A stretch of DNA of 29,189 nt, from UHGV virus genome UHGV-0245401. The stretch is one strand, 5' to 3'. The position numbers and the translations under genes are program-made. Shown piece after piece: positions 18,020 to 26,620 of this stretch. The notes under the pieces are model-generated. The model was not told the origin of the DNA. It saw only the letters and a program-made list of their open reading frames with translations, and made no database searches. The first letter of the stretch is position 1. Every line of letters starts with the position of its first letter. This DNA comes from a virus.

Positions 18020-18449
18020 TGCCGTCACGGTGCTGAAAACCAGTCCAGAGATGCTTCGGATATTCGTGGATAACGGGAGTATTGCCTCCACGCTGGCGAC
18101 GTCGCTGTCGTTCGAAAAGCGTTACACGCTCAATGTGATTGTGACCGACTTTACCGGTGATTTTGACCTGCTCATCGTGCCGGTGCTGGCGTGGCTGCGG
18201 GAAAATCAGCCCGACATCATGACCACCGACGAAGGCCAGAAAAAGGGCTTCACGTTTTATGCAGACATCAACAATGACAGCAGCTTTGATATCAGCATCA
18301 GTCTGATGCTGACCGAGCGCACGCTGGTCAGCGAGGTTGATGGTGCGCTGCATGTGAAGAATATCCCGGAACCCCCGCCGCCGGAGCCGGTCACCCGCCC
18401 GGTGGAGCTTTATATCAATGGCGAACTGGTGAGCAAGTGGGATGAATGA
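17982..18449 (+). CDS. R: Tail completion protein gpR (155 aa)
   Basis: 155 aa, in the P2 R position. Confidence 0.85.
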   Translation: MLKPDSLRRALTDAVTVLKTSPEMLRIFVDNGSIASTLATSLSFEKRYTLNVIVTDFTGDFDLLIVPVLAWLRENQPDIMTTDEGQKKGFTFYADINNDSSFDISISLMLTERTLVSEVDGALHVKNIPEPPPPEPVTRPVELYINGELVSKWDE

Positions 18450-18894
18450 GTTTAAGCGTTTTGAAGACCGGCTGACCGGACTGATTGAATCGCTGTCACC
18501 GTCAGGGCGTCGGCGACTGAGTGCCGAACTGGCGAAACGTCTGCGTCAGAGTCAGCAGCGTCGGGTGATGGCACAGAAAGCCCCGGACGGCACACCCTAC
18601 GCGCCACGTCAGCAGCAGAGCGCCAGAAAAAAGACCGGTCGCGTTAAGCGAAAAATGTTTGCGAAACTTATCACCAGTCGTTTTTTGCATATCCGCGCCA
18701 GCCCTGAACAGGCATCAATGGAGTTTTACGGCGGAAAGTCACCGAAAATCGCCAGTGTGCATCAGTTTGGTCTGTCGGAAGAAAACCGGAAGGACGGTAA
18801 GAAAATTGATTATCCGGCGCGTCCTCTGCTCGGCTTTACCGGTGAGGATGTGCAGATGATTGAAGAGATTATCCTGGCTCACCTCGACCGTTAG
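18442..18894 (+). CDS. S: Tail completion protein gpS (150 aa)
   Basis: 150 aa, overlapping the R stop, in the P2 S position. Confidence 0.85.
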   Translation: MNEFKRFEDRLTGLIESLSPSGRRRLSAELAKRLRQSQQRRVMAQKAPDGTPYAPRQQQSARKKTGRVKRKMFAKLITSRFLHIRASPEQASMEFYGGKSPKIASVHQFGLSEENRKDGKKIDYPARPLLGFTGEDVQMIEEIILAHLDR

Positions 18895-18960
18895 TTGTGC
18901 CATTCCAGACACCTCATCGTCACATTGCCGCCGGTATGACCCGGCGGCATCCTTCCCGTT

Positions 18961-19596
18961 ATGAACACTCTCGCAAATATTCAGGAACTCGCGCGCGCAC
19001 TGCGCAACATGATCCGCACCGGCATTATCGTCGAAACCGACCTTAACGCCGGTCGCTGCCGTGTGCAGACCGGCGGCATGTGCACCGACTGGCTTCAGTG
19101 GCTGACCCATCGCGCCGGACGTTCGCGCACATGGTGGGCACCTTCCGTGGGGGAACAGGTGCTGATTCTGGCCGTGGGCGGTGAACTCGACACGGCGTTC
19201 GTTCTGCCGGGGATTTATTCCGGCGATAACCCCGCGCCGTCTGCGTCGGCGGATGCCCTGCATATCCGTTTCCCTGACGGGGCGGTGATTGAATATGAAC
19301 CCGAAACCAGTGCACTCACGGTAAGCGGAATTAAAACGGCCAGCGTGACGGCTTCTGATTCTGTTACTGCCACGGTACCGGTGGTCACGGTGAAATCGTC
19401 AACCCGTGTCACTCTGGACACACCGGAAGTGGTCTGCACTAACAAACTGACTACCGGCACGCTGGAAGTGCAGAAGGGCGGGACGATGCGCGGCAACATT
19501 GAACACACCGGCGGTGAACTCTCATCAAACGGTAAGGTACTGCATACCCACAAACACCCCGGCGACAGCGGCGGCACAACCGGGAGTCCTTTATGA
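18961..19596 (+). CDS. V: Baseplate spike protein gpV (211 aa)
   Basis: 211 aa, MNTLANIQELARALRNMIRTGII…, matching P2 V. Confidence 0.9.
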   Translation: MNTLANIQELARALRNMIRTGIIVETDLNAGRCRVQTGGMCTDWLQWLTHRAGRSRTWWAPSVGEQVLILAVGGELDTAFVLPGIYSGDNPAPSASADALHIRFPDGAVIEYEPETSALTVSGIKTASVTASDSVTATVPVVTVKSSTRVTLDTPEVVCTNKLTTGTLEVQKGGTMRGNIEHTGGELSSNGKVLHTHKHPGDSGGTTGSPL

Positions 19597-19940
19597 CAGC
19601 GCGTTATCTCGGAATGAATCGCAGTGATGGCCTGACGGTCACTGACCTTGAGCATATCAGCCAGAGTATCGGCGATATCCTGCGCACACCGGTCGGCTCA
19701 CGGGTGATGCGTCGTGATTACGGCTCGTTGCTGGCGTCAATGATTGACCAGCCGCAGACTCCGGCGCTTGAGTTGCAGATTAAGGTCGCCTGTTACATGG
19801 CAGTGCTGAAATGGGAACCCCGCGTCACCCTGTCATCCGTCACCACGGCGCGCAGTTTTGACGGGCGAATGACGGTCACGTTAACCGGTCAGCACAACGA
19901 CACCGGCCAGCCACTTTCGTTAACCATCCCTGTGAGTTGA
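19593..19940 (+). CDS. W: Baseplate protein gpW (115 aa, gp25-like)
   Basis: 115 aa, overlapping the V stop. Confidence 0.9.
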   Translation: MTARYLGMNRSDGLTVTDLEHISQSIGDILRTPVGSRVMRRDYGSLLASMIDQPQTPALELQIKVACYMAVLKWEPRVTLSSVTTARSFDGRMTVTLTGQHNDTGQPLSLTIPVS

Positions 19941-19944
19941 AACC

Positions 19945-20853
19945 ATGCCGATTATCGACCTGAACCAGCTACCCGCACCGGATGTGGTCGAGGAGCTGGA
20001 CTTTGAAACCATTCTTGCCGAACGCAAGGCGACACTGATTTCCCTTTACCCGGAAGACCAGCAGGAGGCGGTCGCCCGTACCCTGACGCTGGAATCTGAG
20101 CCTCTCGTCAAACTGCTGGAGGAAAATGCTTATCGTGAGCTTATCTGGCGTCAGCGTGTGAATGAGGCCGCACGGGCGGTGATGCTGGCCTGTGCCGCCG
20201 GTAATGACCTTGATGTGATTGGTGCCAATTACAACACCACGCGCCTGACTATCACCCCGGCAGATGATTCGACCATCCCGCCGACACCGGCAGTGATGGA
20301 GTCTGACACCGATTATCGTCTGCGTATTCAGCAGGCGTTTGAAGGTTTAAGCGTCGCCGGGTCGGTGGGTGCCTATCAGTATCATGGCCGCAGTGCCGAC
20401 GGGCGTGTCGCGGATATTTCTGTCACCAGTCCGTCTCCGGCCTGCGTCACTATCTCTGTGCTGTCACGTGAAAATAACGGTGTCGCATCCGAAGACCTGC
20501 TGGCCGTGGTGCGTAACGCCCTGAATGGCGAGGACGTCAGGCCGGTGGCCGACCGCGTGACCGTGCAGTCTGCCGCCATCGTTGAATACCAGATAAACGC
20601 CACGCTTTACCTTTACCCTGGTCCCGAAAGCGAACCCATCCGCGCTGCCGCCGTGAAAAAACTGGAAGCGTATATCACGGCACAGCACCGGCTGGGGCGC
20701 GATATCCGTCTGTCTGCCATTTATGCCGCTTTGCATGTGGAAGGTGTGCAGCGTGTCGAACTGGCTGCACCGCTGGCTGACATCGTGCTCAACAGTACGC
20801 AGGCGTCTTTCTGTACCGAATACAGCGTCGTGACCGGAGGCTCGGATGAGTGA
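19945..20853 (+). CDS. J: Baseplate protein gpJ (302 aa)
   Basis: 302 aa, in the P2 J position. Confidence 0.9.
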   Translation: MPIIDLNQLPAPDVVEELDFETILAERKATLISLYPEDQQEAVARTLTLESEPLVKLLEENAYRELIWRQRVNEAARAVMLACAAGNDLDVIGANYNTTRLTITPADDSTIPPTPAVMESDTDYRLRIQQAFEGLSVAGSVGAYQYHGRSADGRVADISVTSPSPACVTISVLSRENNGVASEDLLAVVRNALNGEDVRPVADRVTVQSAAIVEYQINATLYLYPGPESEPIRAAAVKKLEAYITAQHRLGRDIRLSAIYAALHVEGVQRVELAAPLADIVLNSTQASFCTEYSVVTGGSDE

Positions 20854-21457
20854 TTCGCGACTGCTGCCGACCGGCTCATCACTGCTTGAAGTTGCCGCCG
20901 CAAAAGCCTGTGCGGAAATTGAAAAAACGCCGGTCAGTATTCGTGAGCTGTGGAACCCGGACACCTGCCCGGCAAATCTGCTGCCGTGGCTGGCGTGGTC
21001 ATTTTCGGTTGACCGCTGGGATGATAAATGGCCGGAAGCGACAAAACGCGCTGTTATCCGCGATGCGTATTTCATTCACTGCCATAAGGGCACTATAGGC
21101 GCAATCCGGCGTGTGGTGGAGCCGCTCGGCTATCTGATTGAGGTGAGGGAGTGGTGGCAGCTCAACGAGGAGCCGGGGACGTTCCGTATCGTTGTTGGCG
21201 TGCTTGAGCAGGGTATTACCGAAGAAATGTATCAGGAGCTGGAGCGCCTAGTTGCTGATGCAAAACCGGCAAGCCGCCATCTGACGGGACTGGCTATCAG
21301 TTTAAGTACAACCGGCAACATTTTTGCCGGTGCGGGATGCTATCACGGTGACGCCCTGACGGTTTATCCCTACACCCCGGAGGCCATTATTGTCGGAGGG
21401 GATTATTTCCCGGCCTCGGCCATTCATTTAATTGATAACCTGAGAGTAAACGCATGA
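20846..21457 (+). CDS. I: Baseplate protein gpI
   Basis: [22 protein letters not shown]…, overlapping the J stop. Confidence 0.88.
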   Translation: MSDSRLLPTGSSLLEVAAAKACAEIEKTPVSIRELWNPDTCPANLLPWLAWSFSVDRWDDKWPEATKRAVIRDAYFIHCHKGTIGAIRRVVEPLGYLIEVREWWQLNEEPGTFRIVVGVLEQGITEEMYQELERLVADAKPASRHLTGLAISLSTTGNIFAGAGCYHGDALTVYPYTPEAIIVGGDYFPASAIHLIDNLRVNA

Positions 21458-22614
21458 CAGTGAAATACTACGCCATTCTGACTAATCAGGGCGCAGCACG
21501 GCTGGCTAACGCGACGATGCTCGGCAGTAAGCTGAATCTGACGCAAATGGCCGTTGGTGATGCGAATGGTGTCTTGCCGACACCAGACCCGGCACAGACA
21601 AAACTGATTAACCAGAAACGCATCGCGCCGCTGAATCTTCTGAGTGTTGACCCGAACAACCAGAGCCAGATTATTGCGGAGCAAATCATCCCTGAGAACG
21701 AGGGCGGATTCTGGATCCGTGAGATTGGGCTTTATGATGATGAAGGCGTACTCATTGCGGTGGCGAACTGCCCGGAAACGTACAAACCGCAGTTGCAGGA
21801 AGGCAGTGGTCGTACCCAGACTATCCGCATGATTCTGGTTGTCACGAATACCGAAGCTATCACGCTGAAAATCGACCCGTCGGTGGTACTGGCGACCCGT
21901 AAATACGTGGATGATGAAGTCCTGGAATTAAGGCTGTATGTGGATGACCAGATGAGAAACCACATTGCCGCACAGGATCCTCATACCCAGTATGCGCAGA
22001 AACATAATCCGACATTTACCGGAGAACCAAAAGCGCCGACGCCTGCCGCAGGAAATAACACCACGCGGATTGCGACCACTGCGTTTGTTCAGGCCGCTAT
22101 TACCGCTCTGATTAACGGTGCGCCAGCCACGCTGGACACACTGAAAGAAATTGCCGCAGCCATTAACAATGACCCGAAATTCAGTACCACCATTAACAAT
22201 GCGCTGTCAGGTAAGCAGCCACTGGATGAGACGCTGACTCATTTGAGTGGAAAGGATGTAGCTGGTCTTCTCGCATACCTTGGTTTGGGAGAAGCGGCAA
22301 AACGGAATGTGGGAACAGGGGAAAATCAGATACCTGATATGTCATCATATGCATCAGGTTCAGGCTGGCGAAAAATGCCAGATGGTTCAATTGAACAGTG
22401 GGGACGAATTAGTTTTCCTGGTGAACACGGGCCTGTATCCGCCAATGTTTCATTCCCGATTCCATTTACACAGACACCGGGCATTGTAATTGTGTGCGAT
22501 GGTGGTTTCGGGGGCGGGAATATGTGGGGGGCGACCAACTGGAGCACTACCGGCTTCATAGCTCACTGCAATTATGGTCTTGAAGGTGGTGCGTTTTTCG
22601 CTAAGGGCTGGTAA
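21454..22614 (+). CDS. H: Tail fibre protein gpH (386 aa): conserved N-terminal part plus a variable C-terminal tip encoded inside the invertible segment
   Basis: N-terminus [42 protein letters not shown]… is the conserved P2-family H domain. The C-terminal ~115 aa lie beyond the crossover site at 22268-22293. Confidence 0.88.
   Translation: MTVKYYAILTNQGAARLANATMLGSKLNLTQMAVGDANGVLPTPDPAQTKLINQKRIAPLNLLSVDPNNQSQIIAEQIIPENEGGFWIREIGLYDDEGVLIAVANCPETYKPQLQEGSGRTQTIRMILVVTNTEAITLKIDPSVVLATRKYVDDEVLELRLYVDDQMRNHIAAQDPHTQYAQKHNPTFTGEPKAPTPAAGNNTTRIATTAFVQAAITALINGAPATLDTLKEIAAAINNDPKFSTTINNALSGKQPLDETLTHLSGKDVAGLLAYLGLGEAAKRNVGTGENQIPDMSSYASGSGWRKMPDGSIEQWGRISFPGEHGPVSANVSFPIPFTQTPGIVIVCDGGFGGGNMWGATNWSTTGFIAHCNYGLEGGAFFAKGW
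22268..22293 (+). other. hix/gix-like 26-bp inversion crossover site inside H (TTCTCGCATACC-TT-GGTTTGGGAGAA)
   Basis: Two 12-bp half-sites with 10/12 dyad symmetry around a central TT. Its 3' 14 bp are identical to the inverted partner at 24093-24118. Confidence 0.65.
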
Positions 22615-23057
22615 TGATGAAATATCTGTACGTAAACAACCTGGCATATCCTTACGAACTTCAGTCTCTTTATGTTGAAAAAGGTGAATGGCCTGAAGAA
22701 AAAGGTGTTGATATAGACGAAGTAATTTTCAGGGAATATTTCTATGACACACCACCAGAAGGAAAATACAGATGTGTTGGAGAAGATGGACTGCCTGCAT
22801 GGGCAGATATTCCTCCACCAACACGTGAAGAACAAATTGCATCAGCCGAAACTAAAAAGCAGCAATTGATTAATCAGGCCAACGATTATATGAACAGTAG
22901 ACAATGGGTTGGTAAAGCGGCTATTGGTCGTCTGAAAGGTGAGGAACTGGCGCAATATAATTTGTGGCTGGATTATCTGGACGCACTGGAGCTGGTCGAT
23001 ACTTCCAGTGCACCAGATATTGAATGGCCTACTCCTCCGGCAGTTCAGGCCAGATGA
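22614..23057 (+). CDS. G: Tail fibre assembly chaperone (Tfa, P2 G-like), paired with the currently expressed fibre tip
   Basis: 147 aa with a C-terminal Tfa signature …LWLDYLDALELVDTSSAPDIEWPTPP…. AT-rich 5' half. Confidence 0.85.
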   Translation: MMKYLYVNNLAYPYELQSLYVEKGEWPEEKGVDIDEVIFREYFYDTPPEGKYRCVGEDGLPAWADIPPPTREEQIASAETKKQQLINQANDYMNSRQWVGKAAIGRLKGEELAQYNLWLDYLDALELVDTSSAPDIEWPTPPAVQAR

Positions 23058-23640
23058 CATCCGGCGCGGTGCTGGTATCTGTTGCCGTCACCGCGTCAAT
23101 GTAATCCAGCACCGTGTTAAGTCGGCTGGTTTCTGCCTGCGTCAGATTCCGTCCGGCCCGTAATTTCAGTTGAATCAGACTGATGGAAGCCATTGCAGTA
23201 TCAATCAGCGACTGGCGTTGTGCTTCTGCTGCATCTACTGCGGCGCTATGCTGTGCATCGGTATCCGTCACCCATTTCTCACCATCCCATTTATCGTATG
23301 GTGTTAACGGGGCGATAGTGGTTGTATTATCAGGGTAATCACCCGGAGCTGTGATTTCTTTTGATTCTCCTGTTTCGGTGCTAAAGACGATTTCACCGCG
23401 ATGGTCTGGCACATATTCCCATGAGTTAAAATCTGCAGAACGGCAGATTGCATAACCAGCCTTATGTGTAACTGGTGCATCTAAACAAGAACATGCCGGG
23501 ATACCGACGCCAACCGTAAGATATTCAGTTGATGTGGAAATATATTCCCGCGTTTCTCCGTTGTAGTTGTAAACGGTAATGAAGCCAGCCTCTGTGGCAA
23601 ATCCGTTTTCATCCAAAGTGATTTTTTTTGTGGTCATCAT
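23029..23640 (-). CDS. Alternative tail fibre assembly chaperone (Tfa') on the opposite strand inside the invertible segment
   Basis: 203 aa with a C-terminal Tfa signature …LNTVLDYIDAVTATDTSTAPDVIWPELPEE. Convergent with G and overlapping it by 29 bp. Confidence 0.8.
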   Translation of the reverse strand: MMTTKKITLDENGFATEAGFITVYNYNGETREYISTSTEYLTVGVGIPACSCLDAPVTHKAGYAICRSADFNSWEYVPDHRGEIVFSTETGESKEITAPGDYPDNTTTIAPLTPYDKWDGEKWVTDTDAQHSAAVDAAEAQRQSLIDTAMASISLIQLKLRAGRNLTQAETSRLNTVLDYIDAVTATDTSTAPDVIWPELPEE

Positions 23641-24146
23641 GCTGCCCTTACAATGTAGTTAAATGCAATGTTACGTGGCCTTGTTTCTGCTGATGTTCTT
23701 GCACTCCTGGATAAATCAAGTGTCACACCATAGTAACTAAATGCATTACCAGTTGATGGAGCGGCATATTTAACCCCAGAACTAGAACCAACATTAAAAA
23801 CTCCAGATGCTGAGGAAGCTGACCCCATAGTGTTATCAATCAGAGAACCCGTAACATTTTGCATAGCGTCAAGTTGTTCGCTTAATAAAGCGCGTCCACT
23901 ATCAACATCACGCCCGTCATCCCAGCCACGAATAAATTCACCTCGTAAATCAGGCAATTTATTTGTCGGATAAGCCTTTGCCAGTTCCGGGTATTCTTCA
24001 GCAGAAAAAAACGCACCGTTGCATTTCAGCCAGCCTGTTGGCGGAGTGGTGGAAGGCCACGGAACAGGCACGCCAACGGGTAATGCCGAACCTTCTCCCA
24101 AACCAACGTTTAAGAAAATGCAGAGATTACGGCTAACTGGCATCAT
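23637..24146 (-). CDS. Alternative tail-fibre C-terminal tip (Hv'), promoterless in this orientation
   Basis: …LPDLRGEFIRGWDDGRDVDSGRALL…RPRNIAFNYIVRAA resembles variable tail-fibre tips of Mu/P1-type invertible systems. Its 5' end carries the partner crossover site in the same frame (…GLGE…) as in H. Confidence 0.7.
   Translation of the reverse strand: MMPVSRNLCIFLNVGLGEGSALPVGVPVPWPSTTPPTGWLKCNGAFFSAEEYPELAKAYPTNKLPDLRGEFIRGWDDGRDVDSGRALLSEQLDAMQNVTGSLIDNTMGSASSASGVFNVGSSSGVKYAAPSTGNAFSYYGVTLDLSRSARTSAETRPRNIAFNYIVRAA
24093..24118 (-). other. hix/gix-like inversion crossover site, inverted partner of 22268-22293
   Basis: The minus strand reads TTTTCTTAAACG-TT-GGTTTGGGAGAA. The right half is identical to the site in H and the left half is a degenerate copy. 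Confidence 0.6.
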
Positions 24147-24173
24147 CCCCGGTTTTTATTCAGGGGATCCATC

Positions 24174-24356
24174 ATGCTTATTGGCTATGTCCGCGTGTCA
24201 ACAAATGACCAGAATACGGAATTGCAGCGTAACGCGCTGGAGTGCGCAGGATGTGAGCTGATTTTTGATATTGGCCTGTCCACGCTCTATAAAAAATTCC
24301 CCTCATCAGCGACAAAGAATAAATTGTGTCATCCCTTAGCCAACCGGGACAAATAG
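24174..24356 (+). pseudogene. Remnant of a Hin/Gin/Pin-family serine DNA invertase with an in-frame internal deletion, 60 aa remaining
   Basis: N-terminus MLIGYVRVSTNDQNTELQRNALECAGCELIF matches the invertase N-terminus including the catalytic serine, and is fused directly to a C-terminal …LSTLYKK… segment. About 130 aa of catalytic and dimerisation domain are missing. Confidence 0.75.
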
Positions 24357-24415
24357 CCTGACATCTCCGGCACAACTGAAAATATCACTCACCCATTAAC
24401 CACGGAGTTAAACGG

Positions 24416-25606
24416 ATGAGTGACTATCATCACGGCGTGCAGGTGCTGGAGATTAACGACGGCACCCGTGTCATTTCCACCGTATCCACTGCCATTGTTG
24501 GCATGGTCTGCACGGCCAGCGATGCGGATGCGGAAACCTTCCCCCTCAATAAACCGGTGCTGATTACCAATGTGCAGAGCGCAATTGCAAAGGCCGGTAA
24601 AAAAGGCACGCTGGCGGCATCGTTGCAGGCTATCGCCGACCAGTCAAAACCGGTCACCGTTGTTGTGCGCGTGGAGGACGGCACCGGCGACGACGAAGAA
24701 ACGAAACTTGCGCAGACCGTTTCCAATATCATCGGCACCACTGACGAAAACGGTCAGTACACCGGACTGAAAGCCCTGCTGGCGGCAGAGTCGGTAACCG
24801 GTGTTAAACCGCGTATTCTTGGTGTGCCGGGACTGGATACCAAAGAGGTGGCTGTAGCACTAGCATCCGTCTGTCAGAAGCTGCGCGCTTTCGGGTATAT
24901 CAGCGCATGGGGCTGTAAGACCATTTCCGAGGTGAAAGCCTACCGCCAGAATTTCAGCCAGCGTGAGCTGATGGTCATCTGGCCGGATTTCCTCGCATGG
25001 GATACGGTCACCAGTACCACCGCCACCGCGTATGCCACCGCTCGTGCGCTGGGGCTGCGCGCTAAAATCGACCAGGAGCAGGGCTGGCATAAAACGCTGT
25101 CCAACGTCGGGGTGAACGGTGTTACCGGCATCAGCGCATCTGTATTCTGGGATTTGCAGGAGTCCGGCACCGATGCTGACCTGCTTAACGAGTCAGGCGT
25201 CACTACGCTGATTCGCCGCGACGGTTTCCGCTTCTGGGGTAACCGTACCTGCTCTGATGACCCACTGTTTCTCTTTGAAAACTACACCCGTACCGCGCAG
25301 GTGCTGGCCGACACGATAGCTGAGGCGCACATGTGGGCGGTGGACAAGCCCATCACCGCAACGCTGATTCGCGACATCGTTGACGGCATCAATGCCAAAT
25401 TCCGTGAGCTGAAAACAAACGGCTATATCGTGGATGGCTCATGCTGGTTCAGCGAAGAATCCAACGATGCGGAAACCCTCAAGGCCGGAAAACTGTATAT
25501 CGACTACGACTATACACCGGTGCCTCCTCTCGAAAACCTGACCCTGCGCCAGCGTATTACCGATAAATACCTGGCGAATCTGGTCACCTCGGTTAACAGC
25601 AATTAA
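24416..25606 (+). CDS. FI: Tail sheath protein gpFI (396 aa)
   Basis: 396 aa, MSDYHHGVQVLEINDGTRVISTVSTAIVGMV…, matching P2 FI. Confidence 0.93.
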   Translation: MSDYHHGVQVLEINDGTRVISTVSTAIVGMVCTASDADAETFPLNKPVLITNVQSAIAKAGKKGTLAASLQAIADQSKPVTVVVRVEDGTGDDEETKLAQTVSNIIGTTDENGQYTGLKALLAAESVTGVKPRILGVPGLDTKEVAVALASVCQKLRAFGYISAWGCKTISEVKAYRQNFSQRELMVIWPDFLAWDTVTSTTATAYATARALGLRAKIDQEQGWHKTLSNVGVNGVTGISASVFWDLQESGTDADLLNESGVTTLIRRDGFRFWGNRTCSDDPLFLFENYTRTAQVLADTIAEAHMWAVDKPITATLIRDIVDGINAKFRELKTNGYIVDGSCWFSEESNDAETLKAGKLYIDYDYTPVPPLENLTLRQRITDKYLANLVTSVNSN

Positions 25607-25618
25607 GGAGCCTGACCG

Positions 25619-26137
25619 ATGGCAATGCCGCGCAAACTCAAGTTAATGAACGTCTTTCTGAACGGCTACAGCTATCAGGGCGTCGCGAAGTCCGTCACGC
25701 TACCAAAACTGACCCGTAAGCTCGAAAACTATCGCGGTGCGGGGATGAACGGCAGCGCACCGGTAGACCTCGGCCTTGATGACGATGCGCTGTCAATGGA
25801 GTGGTCGCTCGGTGGCTTCCCGGATTCGGTTATCTGGGAGCTTTACGCCGCAACCGGTGTGGATGCCGTACCGATTCGTTTTGCAGGCTCTTACCAGCGC
25901 GACGATACCGGCGAAACGGTGGCCGTCGAGGTGGTCATGCGTGGACGTCAGAAAGAAATCGACACCGGCGAGGGTAAACAGGGAGAAGACACCGAGTCGA
26001 AAATCTCCGTGGTCTGCACCTATTTCCTGCTGACGATGGACGGTAAGGAGCTGGTCGAAATTGACACCATCAACATGATTGAGAAGGTGAACGGCGTCGA
26101 CCGGCTGGAGCAACACCGCCGCAATATCGGCCTGTGA
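25619..26137 (+). CDS. FII: Tail tube protein gpFII (172 aa)
   Basis: 172 aa, in the P2 FII position after the sheath. Confidence 0.93.
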   Translation: MAMPRKLKLMNVFLNGYSYQGVAKSVTLPKLTRKLENYRGAGMNGSAPVDLGLDDDALSMEWSLGGFPDSVIWELYAATGVDAVPIRFAGSYQRDDTGETVAVEVVMRGRQKEIDTGEGKQGEDTESKISVVCTYFLLTMDGKELVEIDTINMIEKVNGVDRLEQHRRNIGL

Positions 26138-26192
26138 TTTTCATCCGGTCAGCCAGGCTGACCGGTAACCCCGATTCAGAAGTGAGAAAACC

Positions 26193-26468
26193 ATGAACAA
26201 AGAAAATGTCATTACCCTGGACAATCCGGTCAAACGTGGTGAGCAGGTTATCGAACAGGTCACGCTGATGAAACCCAATGCCGGGACGCTGCGCGGTGTC
26301 AGTCTGGCTGCGGTTGCAAACTCCGAAGTCGATGCACTGATTAAAGTGCTGCCGCGCATGACGGCACCGATGCTGACCGAGCAGGAAGTCGCCGCGCTGG
26401 AACTGCCTGACCTTGTGGCGCTGGCCGGTAAGGTGGTCGGTTTTTTGTCGCCGAACTCGGTGCAGTGA
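26193..26468 (+). CDS. E: Tail assembly chaperone gpE (91 aa)
   Basis: 91 aa, upstream of the tape-measure gene, ending just after a TTTTTTG slippery heptamer. Confidence 0.88.
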   Translation: MNKENVITLDNPVKRGEQVIEQVTLMKPNAGTLRGVSLAAVANSEVDALIKVLPRMTAPMLTEQEVAALELPDLVALAGKVVGFLSPNSVQ

Positions 26469-26620
26469 CGTTCCCGAAAAATCTCTCGGTCGATGACCTG
26501 ATGGCGGATGTGGCAGTGATATTTCACTGGCCGCCATCAGAACTGTATCCCATGAGCCTGACCGAACTCATCACATGGCGCGAAAAGGCGCTCCGGCGAA
26601 GCGGAAACACGAATGAGTAA
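26193..26620 (+). CDS. E+E': gpE+E' fusion chaperone made by programmed -1 frameshift at TTTTTTG (26441-26447)
   Basis: Slippery heptamer near the 3' end of E. The -1 frame stays open to TAA at 26618-26620, overlapping the start of T. This is the conserved tail-chaperone frameshift arrangement. Confidence 0.6.

Noticed and set aside
18739-21075. Antisense ORFs across S, V, W and J (18739-19263, 19215-19655, 20464-21075)
   Set aside because: Embedded in conserved baseplate genes with no independent signals.
24019-24375. Additional small ORFs around the invertase remnant (24019-24261 on +, 24178-24375 on -)
   Set aside because: They overlap the crossover site and the invertase remnant in other frames, with no start signals, and are most likely spurious.
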